Source: Candidatus Saccharimonadota bacterium (lineage in GTDB: Bacteria > Patescibacteriota > Patescibacteriia > 2-12-FULL-60-25). From it: a stretch of DNA of 32,000 bases. Shown here in pieces: positions 7,209 through 14,243 of this stretch; position 1 is the first letter of the stretch, and every line of letters starts with the position of its first letter. A program made the translations under genes and the position numbers. The notes below the pieces were generated by a model. That model did no database searches and was not told where the DNA came from. It saw nothing but the letters and a program-made list of their open reading frames with translations. Where the stretch lies: positions 150,001 to 182,000 of the forward strand of contig CP064964.1 in the NCBI GenBank assembly GCA_016699205.1, in the 5' to 3' direction.

Positions 7209-7838
7209 CTACTTTGTCTTAGGAAGGATTGGCGGAGGGAGCTCAGTGATACGCTCCTCGCCCTCGTCCACTTTGATGCCCGCTTGCGCGAGATCTTCAT
7301 CGGTGATGCGAGTCATGCTTCCGGTCGGGCGCTCGCCAAGCATGAACTGCTGCGTCGTGACCGAGTCCGCAGACTTGTCCGTAGAAGGTACGATCTTCTT
7401 GGGGAGAACGTACGCGACCATCATGCGCTGCGTGAGCTCGGAGTAACGCTCGCGCTGCTCGATAACGAGTACTTGATGCTCCGGAACCTCGAAGCATTCC
7501 ACTCCCGGACGCACGCCCTGGTATCCTCTCCACTCAGCCGAACGCGCGAGTATGAACGTGTCGATGATAGCGAGGTAGGGGATGCGCTTGCGAATTTCGC
7601 GCAGCACGTCGAGGGTTTGATCCAGCGTCTCGTGCTTACCAGTCCCCATGACAATCGTCATACCCTGAACCGGTTCCAATTTGCGCAGACGGATCAGGAT
7701 GGCGTTAGCCTGGGGAGCCTGGTGAAACGGGATCTCGAGGATGTTGTCCGTCTTCACCCGCGCATTGCGCAGAAGCGCAAGGAACGCCTGGCGAGCATTG
7801 AATGGTCGTTCGTGGTCGGAACGAAGCAGAACCAACAT
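7209..7838 (-). CDS. Hypothetical alpha/beta protein (209 aa) with a disordered acidic tail
   Basis: GGAGGT lies 4 nt upstream of ATG 7838 (MLVLLRSDHE...). Hydrophobic beta-like and amphipathic helix-like segments alternate. The segment IVMGTGKHETLDQ only faintly recalls the LOG/SLOG GGxGTxxE motif. No confident family. Confidence 0.6.
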   Translation of the reverse strand: MLVLLRSDHERPFNARQAFLALLRNARVKTDNILEIPFHQAPQANAILIRLRKLEPVQGMTIVMGTGKHETLDQTLDVLREIRKRIPYLAIIDTFILARSAEWRGYQGVRPGVECFEVPEHQVLVIEQRERYSELTQRMMVAYVLPKKIVPSTDKSADSVTTQQFMLGERPTGSMTRITDEDLAQAGIKVDEGEERITELPPPILPKTK

Positions 7839-7940
7839 TGATACCTCCGTGCTGTGGATTAACACGCAAGATGTTTTTTTTCAAGGGTTTGACCCAGTTT
7901 CCGCTTTGACTTTCCTGTGGTATTCTCATCGACGTTTTCT

Positions 7941-8522
7941 ATGCGCCACGAAGTTGTCCTCGATATCGAAACACGCAATACGTTTCAAGACGTTGGCGCC
8001 TACAACCCTTCTTTACTGCAAGTTTCGCTTGTTGGTTGTTATTTCTACGAAACCGACACGTATGAGGCCTTTCTTGAGGAGGATTTACCCAAGCTTTGGC
8101 CGCGACTTGAGCGAGCCGACCGCATCATCGGATACAATCTGATCGGCTTTGATTATCCCTGCTTGCAAACGTATTACTCGGGGGACATGATGCGTCTGCC
8201 TACGGTCGATCTTTTGGTGGAGATCGAGAAAAAACTCGGATTTCGCATCAAACTCGATGATGTGGCCCAAGCCACGCTGGGCGTCGGTAAAAGCGGACAT
8301 GGACTCATGGCCGTCGAGTACTGGAAAAAAGGGGAGATCGAGAAGCTTAAGGAATATTGCTTGCAGGATGTACGCGTCACCAAGGATGTGTACGAATATG
8401 CCCTGCAAAATGGTCATGTGCGCTTCAATAATCGTCAGGGGCAAGTACAGCAAGTCCCAACGGAGATAGAGCCGCCAGAACCAAGTGCAAGACAGGCCAT
8501 CAATCTCTCCTTTGGACTCTAA
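7941..8522 (+). CDS. DEDDy 3'-5' exonuclease (RNase H-like fold)
   Basis: Exo I VLDIET, Exo II GYNLIGFDYPCL, Exo III YCLQD. The start was chosen at MRHEVVLDIET. TGgTATTCT (7918-7926) lies 14 nt upstream. Confidence 0.75.
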   Translation: MRHEVVLDIETRNTFQDVGAYNPSLLQVSLVGCYFYETDTYEAFLEEDLPKLWPRLERADRIIGYNLIGFDYPCLQTYYSGDMMRLPTVDLLVEIEKKLGFRIKLDDVAQATLGVGKSGHGLMAVEYWKKGEIEKLKEYCLQDVRVTKDVYEYALQNGHVRFNNRQGQVQQVPTEIEPPEPSARQAINLSFGL

Positions 8523-8571
8523 AGATATCCACAGAACGATCAGTTTCTTAGGAAATTCCGAGGTGAGCCGG

Positions 8572-8587
8572 CTACTAGATCTTGTGG
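8572..8587 (+). promoter_or_regulatory. NrdR box 1
   Basis: CTACTAGATCTTGTGG matches the 16-bp NrdR palindrome consensus (acaCwAtATaTwGtgt, as I recall it) at about 11/16. It matches the reverse complement of box 2 at 14/16. Confidence 0.6.
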
Positions 8588-8593
8588 TATAAT
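8585..8593 (+). promoter_or_regulatory. Extended -10 promoter element TGgTATAAT
   Basis: Consensus TATAAT at 8588-8593 with a TG motif one base upstream. It overlaps NrdR box 1; box 2 covers the predicted transcription start. Confidence 0.5.
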
Positions 8594-8603
8594 CCTATTT
8601 GGA

Positions 8604-8619
8604 CCACAAGATGTAGTGG
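8604..8619 (+). promoter_or_regulatory. NrdR box 2
   Basis: CCACAAGATGTAGTGG matches the consensus at about 12/16. Its start lies 32 bp from the start of box 1, the usual tandem spacing of about three helical turns. Confidence 0.6.
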
Positions 8620-8722
8620 TCGGGCCATCTCTCAGCCTCCCAACACACGCGAACGGCCGATCGTTATCATGATCGGACGGTGTGGGGGCCAAGCGGGTAG
8701 CCCATCGACAAATTCACTCGTG

Positions 8723-8765
8723 ACCAATCCGGCCTTCCCGCCTGTTCCGGATCGGTGGTTTTCAT
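8723..8765 (+). promoter_or_regulatory. Terminator-like hairpin in the nrd leader (possible attenuator)
   Basis: ACCAATCCGG / CCGGATCGGT (9 bp plus 1 mismatch) with a 14-nt loop, followed by GGTTTTCATTC. It ends 13 nt before ATG 8778. Confidence 0.4.
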
Positions 8766-8777
8766 TCTCTTTCTTTT

Positions 8778-9293
8778 ATGACCACACCGATCACTACCGC
8801 CACTGGCGAGGCCTTTGTGCCGCGCCGCCGCCGTCTACCGGATGAGCGCAAAGCGATTACGCATAAATTCCAAATCGGTCCTTGCGAAGGCTATATTACG
8901 GTTGGCTTGTATGAAGATGGACAGCCGGGAGAAATTTTTATCACCTTATCAAAAGACGGCGCGCAGAATGGCGGCCTCGTCGACTCTTTTGCAACCGCGA
9001 TCTCGCTCGGCCTCCAGTACGGAGTTCCGCTGAAGGTTTTGGTAAACAAGTTCTCGCATGCCCGTTATGAGCCATCGGGCCCGACGCAGAACCCGAATAT
9101 CCCGAATGCCAAATCGGTGGTCGATTATATTTTTCGCTGGCTCGCCCTTAAGTTTTTGACACCGGAAGAGCGTCAGTCTGTTGGCTTGTATCAGGAACCA
9201 GGACAGACGGCGCAAGTACAACCGATGTATAACGCCATGCCGGGAATGATGAACAATCAGTCCTTCCTCTCGCGCATTGACCAACAGGGCTAA
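8778..9293 (+). CDS. Stand-alone homologue of the C-terminal (TSCPD-like / NrdJb-like) segment of class II B12-dependent ribonucleotide reductase
   Basis: RRRLPDERKAITHKFQIGPCEGYITVGLYEDGQPGEIFITLSKDG...LQYGVPLKVLVNKFSHARYEPSG...AKSVVDYIFRWLALKF matches, from memory, the conserved block near the C-terminus of NrdJ proteins. No catalytic barrel is encoded upstream. Confidence 0.75.
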   Translation: MTTPITTATGEAFVPRRRRLPDERKAITHKFQIGPCEGYITVGLYEDGQPGEIFITLSKDGAQNGGLVDSFATAISLGLQYGVPLKVLVNKFSHARYEPSGPTQNPNIPNAKSVVDYIFRWLALKFLTPEERQSVGLYQEPGQTAQVQPMYNAMPGMMNNQSFLSRIDQQG

Positions 9294-9308
9294 TCTGGAT
9301 CTCCTTTT

Positions 9309-10274
9309 ATGAGTTCCCAGCTCTTTGGCGCAAGCCCCATCCTCACGTATCGACCGTTTTATCGACCGTTTGAATACCCGGTATTCTTTGAGTTTTTCCA
9401 GAAGCAAAACCAAGCGCACTGGCTACCGATTGAAGTGCCGATGGAATCGGATATTTCCGATTTCCGTTTCAAGCTGACACCAGAAGAAAAAAATCTTGTC
9501 ATCCAGATTTTGCGCTTCTTTACGCAGGGCGATATCGAGGTCAACAATAATTACAACTCAAAATTGATTCCGAGCTTTCCAAAACCGGAAATCAAAATGA
9601 TGCTGTCCGCGTTCGCAGCGATGGAGAGCGTTCATGTATGGGCCTATTCCTATCTGAATGATTCCCTCGGACTTCCCGAAAAGGAATACAGCGCTTTCCT
9701 CGAGTTTGAAGCGATGCGTAACAAATATCAGTACATTCAAACATTTAATGTACGGGATGTATCGGAACTCGCAGTAAATTTGGCCGTGTTTGGAGCCTTC
9801 ATGGAAGGCGTGAGCTTGTTTTCAAGCTTTGCGATTTTGATGAATTTCCCACGGCTCGGAAAATTGAAAGGCGTCGGACAAATTGTCACCTGGAGCATTC
9901 GCGATGAAACGCTTCATAGCCAGGAAGTCTGCGATCCATTCCGCAAGCTCGTGAATGAAAACAAACATATTTGGACACAGGAATTGAAAAGTACGCTCTA
10001 CAAAGCATGCGACGACATGGTGAAACTGGAAGATCATTTCATCGACACCTGCTTCTCCATGGGAGCAGTAGCCGGACTCAAGCCAGAGGATGTGAAGCAG
10101 TACATTCGTTACACGGCCGACAAGAAACTCAATGATCTTGGACTCGATAAGGTGTACAATGTGACGAATCCGCTCGCTTGGCTCGATGTCATGACCAATG
10201 CCAAGGAACACACCAACTTCTTTGAGAATCGAGCGACGGAATATGCCAAGGGTGCGGTCGTAGCAGATTGGTAG
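9309..10274 (+). CDS. nrdB: Class I ribonucleotide reductase small (beta, radical-generating) subunit
   Basis: Metal-ligand and radical pattern: D in FFTQGDIEV, ExxHxxxY in MESVHVWAY, E in FMEGVSLF, ExxH in RDETLHS. The subclass (Ia or Ib-like) is not resolved. Confidence 0.9.
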   Translation: MSSQLFGASPILTYRPFYRPFEYPVFFEFFQKQNQAHWLPIEVPMESDISDFRFKLTPEEKNLVIQILRFFTQGDIEVNNNYNSKLIPSFPKPEIKMMLSAFAAMESVHVWAYSYLNDSLGLPEKEYSAFLEFEAMRNKYQYIQTFNVRDVSELAVNLAVFGAFMEGVSLFSSFAILMNFPRLGKLKGVGQIVTWSIRDETLHSQEVCDPFRKLVNENKHIWTQELKSTLYKACDDMVKLEDHFIDTCFSMGAVAGLKPEDVKQYIRYTADKKLNDLGLDKVYNVTNPLAWLDVMTNAKEHTNFFENRATEYAKGAVVADW

Positions 10275-10348
10275 AGGATGTCATGAACACGCATCATCAT
10301 CACGTATCATTACTGAAAACCGAAAACTAAAAACTACCCTCGAACCTT

Positions 10349-12256
10349 ATGGCAACTTACGCCAGCGTCATCGACGCGCTTTCACAGAATGACCTCGCCG
10401 CTGCCCGCGATCTTTTGATGGCGGATATTGATAAAGACACTGCCGGCAAAGGCAGCTGGGATAGCCCGCATTACACGACGGATAAAACCATTCAGCAGGG
10501 GATCCGCGTTACTCGCGAGCATGAGCATCTCATGACCTACTTTGGTCTTGAAAACTTGCGCGACCGCTATTTCTTGCGCAATGGAGAGGGAAATATCGTT
10601 GAGAATTTGCAGATGTTTTACTCGCGCGTAGCGACCGGTCTTGCGCGTGGCGATGCAGGACTCGCTCAACGATTGTACGACTACATGTCGAAGGCTTGGT
10701 ATGTACCGGCAACGCCGACGATGATGAATATCGGAACCAAGAAAGGTTTGCCGATTTCCTGCTTCCTCAACACGGTCCCGGATACGTTGGAAGGGATTTT
10801 TGATATCTATCGCGAGAACGCGTTCCTCGCCAAATACGGCGGTGGTATTGGAACGGACTGGTCGCAGCTGCGCGGACAGAATGCCCAGCTCCAGGCTTCC
10901 GGTCTCAAGTCTTCCGGCGTTATTCCGTTCTTGAAGATCATGGACTCGGAGACGCTCGCCATTTCACGCAACTCGCATCGACGCGGAGCTGCGGCGGCTT
11001 ATCTGCGTATCGATCACCCGGATATCGAGGACTTTTTGGAAATTCGTAAGCCGACCGGAGGCGACATCGACCGTAAATGCCTTAACCTCAATAACGGCAT
11101 CGTGATTACGGATGAATTCATGAAGGCCGTTGAGGAGAATCGTGATTATGATTTGGTTGATCCACACTACAAAGTTGTAACCAAAAAACTGAATGCGCTC
11201 GATATTTGGCGCAAAATTTTGATGATGCGCGCAGAGACAGGGGAGCCGTATCTCTTGTTTATCGATACGGTTAACAAAGCTGTTCCCCAGCATCACAAGG
11301 ATTTGGGTCTTTGGGTGCGCCAAAGCAACCTGTGTACCGAGATTGTTTTGCCGACCAACTCAGAACGTACGGCCGTGTGCTGCTTGGGCAACCTCAATAT
11401 CGAAAAGTACGATGAGTGGAAAGATCAGATCGCCCAGATCACGCAGGACTGTGTTACGGGGCTCGATAATAACCTTGAAGCGTTTATCGATCTTGCGGAT
11501 CCGGTTGAGTTCAAGAAATCCATTAACTCCGTGAAACATGAACGTTCGATCGGTTTGGGCGCCATGGGTTATCACGGTTACTTGATGAGCAAGATGGTGC
11601 CGTTTGAAAGCTTGCTTGCGCGCCAGATGAACAAAGAGATTTTTGAGAATATCCAGAAGCATGCGCATGCCGCGTCCGAAAAACTCGGGAAAGACCGCGG
11701 ATTACCTCTTGATGGAGGTGTGCGACGCAATACGTATGTTACGAGCGTGCAGCCGACAGCGTCGACGAGTTTTATCTGTAATGAAGCGACGCCGTCGATC
11801 GAACCGATCTCTGGTAACGCATTCTTGCAAAAAACACTCTCTGGAAGCTTTTTGTACAAGAACAAGTACTTGGAGCGCTTGCTTGAGACAAAAGGCAAGA
11901 ACACGATCGAGGTTTGGAAGAAGGTTATCGCTGACAAGGGAAGCGTCATGAACTTGGACTGTCTCGATGAAGAAGAGAAGAAAGTCTTCCGCACGCCTTA
12001 CGAGATGAACATGCGTGAACTCGTGCAGCAAGCCGCGGATCGCCAACCGTATATCGACCAGGCGCAGTCGCTCAACCTGTTCTTCCCGACACCGATTTCT
12101 GGCAAGTATTTGCACGAGGTGCACTTGCTCGCTTGGAAGCTGGGCGTGAAGTCTCTGTACTATGTTCGTTCTGCTGCTCCGATTCAGGCAGAATCGATCG
12201 ATGTACAATCCGTGAAGCGCGATGTTGCGACAGAGGAGTGCGCCGTTTGCCAATAA
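10349..12256 (+). CDS. nrdA: Class I ribonucleotide reductase large (alpha) subunit, no ATP-cone
   Basis: Motifs: ISCFL, GGGIG, SNLCTEI (N-C-E), SLYYVRS (YY radical-transfer pair) and a C-terminal CAVC redox pair. At 635 aa with no VxKRDG-type ATP-cone at the N-terminus. Confidence 0.9.
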   Translation: MATYASVIDALSQNDLAAARDLLMADIDKDTAGKGSWDSPHYTTDKTIQQGIRVTREHEHLMTYFGLENLRDRYFLRNGEGNIVENLQMFYSRVATGLARGDAGLAQRLYDYMSKAWYVPATPTMMNIGTKKGLPISCFLNTVPDTLEGIFDIYRENAFLAKYGGGIGTDWSQLRGQNAQLQASGLKSSGVIPFLKIMDSETLAISRNSHRRGAAAAYLRIDHPDIEDFLEIRKPTGGDIDRKCLNLNNGIVITDEFMKAVEENRDYDLVDPHYKVVTKKLNALDIWRKILMMRAETGEPYLLFIDTVNKAVPQHHKDLGLWVRQSNLCTEIVLPTNSERTAVCCLGNLNIEKYDEWKDQIAQITQDCVTGLDNNLEAFIDLADPVEFKKSINSVKHERSIGLGAMGYHGYLMSKMVPFESLLARQMNKEIFENIQKHAHAASEKLGKDRGLPLDGGVRRNTYVTSVQPTASTSFICNEATPSIEPISGNAFLQKTLSGSFLYKNKYLERLLETKGKNTIEVWKKVIADKGSVMNLDCLDEEEKKVFRTPYEMNMRELVQQAADRQPYIDQAQSLNLFFPTPISGKYLHEVHLLAWKLGVKSLYYVRSAAPIQAESIDVQSVKRDVATEECAVCQ

Positions 12257-12263
12257 GATAAAT

Positions 12264-12295
12264 AAAAAAAGCTCCGATGCATCGGAGCTTTTTTT
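12264..12295. terminator. Bidirectional intrinsic terminator
   Basis: Perfect palindrome AAAAAAAGCTCCGATG/CATCGGAGCTTTTTTT between convergent nrdA and the 511-aa gene. Confidence 0.85.
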
Positions 12296-12297
12296 AT

Positions 12298-13833
12298 TTA
12301 TTGAACCTCGAATTCTACTTGAGCGATATTGGTCTTCTCCCCCTGAGCCTCGCCTTGGGCGTAGAGAGTGTATTTGCCAGGAGCGAGGTCCGTCAGGATT
12401 ACTCCGCTTAAATATTCAGGAGCTACCTGATCAAGCGATTGATTATTCAAGCTATAGCGGAAGACGTACTCTCGCTGTTCAAACGTATTCCAAAATACCA
12501 TGTATTGAACCTTGCCCGTATTTGGATCAATGAGGCGATTTGGAGCCGTAGGAATCGTCAGAGAGACGATCTCAAAAGGATATTCGATCGTAGCGCTTTC
12601 CTCGCCCTTGGAGTCAATATATTTTGCTTCAATCGTATGCTTTCCGAGAGGCAAGGAAACCATGACGTAGTAGTTGGGCAATGGCTCGCTTGAGCCAGGC
12701 ATCATGATTCCGGAAGTTCCCGTGTCCTTGAACTCGCCCTGCTTGTCGATGCGATAGAAAAATTTCTTCACGAGCTCTGTGGGAGTAAAAGTGATCGTGG
12801 AAGATTTATTGCTGGTCGTTACAGAAATCTTGAGGGGAGCGTCGATCATCCCGCCCAGGATTCCTTCCATCAGCTTCAGCTCGCTCTTAACCCACTCTAA
12901 TCCTTCCTCAGCTGTTTTTTTATCGACGTAGTACTTTGAGAAGCCTTCTGTTTTTTGACTCTCCTGGAGCGCTTGTAGCGCCTCACGCTCTTTGCGTCGA
13001 TCATCATTCGTTTGAAGACCGGCTTCGCTGAACGCGTATTGTTTTGCGAGATAAAAATAGGCCGGAGCAAATTCTGGACGCGATTTGGTAAGAGCCGTGA
13101 GTAATGTGATGCGATCAGCACGATCTTCTTTTGCTATGATATATGCGAGAGAGGCTGCCGGATTATCCGGGTATGAATCCCGCAGTTCGCCCATGAGTAC
13201 GCGGGCGGATGATGGGCCCTCCAGATTCTTCAGGATTAATGCGTAGGAGAAAAATGGATCAACGTAAGAAAGACCGGATTTAAAATAAGCTTCGTAAGAT
13301 TTTTTTGCTTCTACTAAGTTTCCGTTCAGTTCATGGATGCGGGCATTGTGATAGTGGTCGTTGGATGTTTTGGGCGAGGCAATGAGTCCGGCGCTTCCGC
13401 TGTCGATCTGCTCAATCTTGCTGAGCACTGTATCGATTTTGGATTCGATACGGTCCAGTTTTCCAAAGAGACGCTCTTGCCAATCGCCAATACTGGGCAC
13501 CGCAGACGCAGCTAAACCGCGCTCAGGAGTGAGTGCAAAAATTGGCAACATGATCAGCCAAAAAACACTGGCAAGAACACTGATCGCAAAGACCATGCCA
13601 GATCTTGTTTGTAGGATCTCATCGAGATTTCCATGGCGCGCTTGCTTTCGGACAACAAAGATCCATAAGCCAGCGGCGCAGAGTGCACAGAGAATGAAAA
13701 AGTAGGGGACTAGGTTGAGATATGGCTTTACGAAATCGGAGAAAAATCCGACAGCCGTTGCAAACAATCCAGCTGGTCCAGCGGCTGCGTATAGCGATTT
13801 CTTGATGACTATTTTATCCATATTGATATACAT
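12298..13833 (-). CDS. Hypothetical membrane protein: 3 TM + coiled coil + TPR-like repeats + C-terminal beta-rich domain (511 aa)
   Basis: The TM segments lie in the first ~110 aa, followed by the heptad-like segment LFGKLDRIESKIDTVLSKIEQI. Helical-repeat region: NARIHELNGNLVEAKKSYEAYFK...AYFYLAKQYAF. The last ~190 aa are rich in beta-type alternation. The alternative start ATG 13821 is equally possible. Confidence 0.65.
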   Translation of the reverse strand: MYINMDKIVIKKSLYAAAGPAGLFATAVGFFSDFVKPYLNLVPYFFILCALCAAGLWIFVVRKQARHGNLDEILQTRSGMVFAISVLASVFWLIMLPIFALTPERGLAASAVPSIGDWQERLFGKLDRIESKIDTVLSKIEQIDSGSAGLIASPKTSNDHYHNARIHELNGNLVEAKKSYEAYFKSGLSYVDPFFSYALILKNLEGPSSARVLMGELRDSYPDNPAASLAYIIAKEDRADRITLLTALTKSRPEFAPAYFYLAKQYAFSEAGLQTNDDRRKEREALQALQESQKTEGFSKYYVDKKTAEEGLEWVKSELKLMEGILGGMIDAPLKISVTTSNKSSTITFTPTELVKKFFYRIDKQGEFKDTGTSGIMMPGSSEPLPNYYVMVSLPLGKHTIEAKYIDSKGEESATIEYPFEIVSLTIPTAPNRLIDPNTGKVQYMVFWNTFEQREYVFRYSLNNQSLDQVAPEYLSGVILTDLAPGKYTLYAQGEAQGEKTNIAQVEFEVQ

Positions 13834-13853
13834 CCTACATGTGTAAGCAGAAT

Positions 13854-13884
13854 AGAAAAAACCCCAAGGTTGTCCTTGGGGTTT
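13854..13884 (-). terminator. Intrinsic terminator (minus strand)
   Basis: Stem AAACCCCAAGG / CCTTGGGGTTT with a 4-nt loop, followed on the minus strand by TTTTTTC. It sits just after the stop of the acidic-protein gene. Confidence 0.75.
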
Positions 13885-13888
13885 CCCT

Positions 13889-14221
13889 CTACTCTTCCAT
13901 GTCGTCGACCATGGTCGGAGACTCTTCTTCTTTCAGCTTTTCGGCGAGGAGTTCAAGCTCTTTGAGAGCGTCAACTTCTTCTTCCTCTTTTTTCTCGTCA
14001 TCCGCGTCTTCGCCGTCAGCGGCGGCTACATCGAGAGCATCGCCTTTCACTTTAATATCCTCATCGTCTTCGTCCTCGTCTTCATCGTCCTTTTTCTTGT
14101 CATCGCCTGCAATGTGCATACCTAAAGCCGCGAGGTTTTCTGATTCCTCTTCATCCATGCCTGGCATGCCCTGCATATCGCGGTCCCAGCTGGATGGACC
14201 CGTGGAAAGATTCATACTCAT
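13889..14221 (-). CDS. Hyper-acidic low-complexity protein (110 aa)
   Basis: D/E-rich (DDKKKDDEDEDEDDEDIK...DADDEKKEEEEVD). The minus-strand terminator lies directly downstream and a predicted promoter (TTGCAA-17-TATCTT) lies upstream. The antisense Ser-rich ORF was rejected. Confidence 0.55.
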   Translation of the reverse strand: MSMNLSTGPSSWDRDMQGMPGMDEEESENLAALGMHIAGDDKKKDDEDEDEDDEDIKVKGDALDVAAADGEDADDEKKEEEEVDALKELELLAEKLKEEESPTMVDDMEE

Positions 14222-14243
14222 AAGGTTTTAGCTTGTTTGCGTG

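Noticed and set aside
8620-8777. Cobalamin riboswitch in the nrd leader (B12 riboswitches are known upstream of class I nrd genes in some actinomycetes)
   Set aside because: I found no B12 box (GCCACTG-like) and no GGGAA/GGTG core elements on the sense strand. A weak GGGAAGGCCGG resemblance exists only on the antisense strand, which is the wrong orientation. The 87-aa ORF at 8582-8845 in this leader is Pro/Gly/Arg-rich and was also rejected.
13839-14231. 130-aa Ser-rich plus-strand ORF opposite the acidic-protein gene
   Set aside because: It begins upstream of and reads through the minus-strand terminator hairpin and has no SD or promoter. It is simply the complement of GAA/GAC/GAG-rich codons. 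The terminator orientation and the promoter favour the minus strand, though this remains a judgement call.
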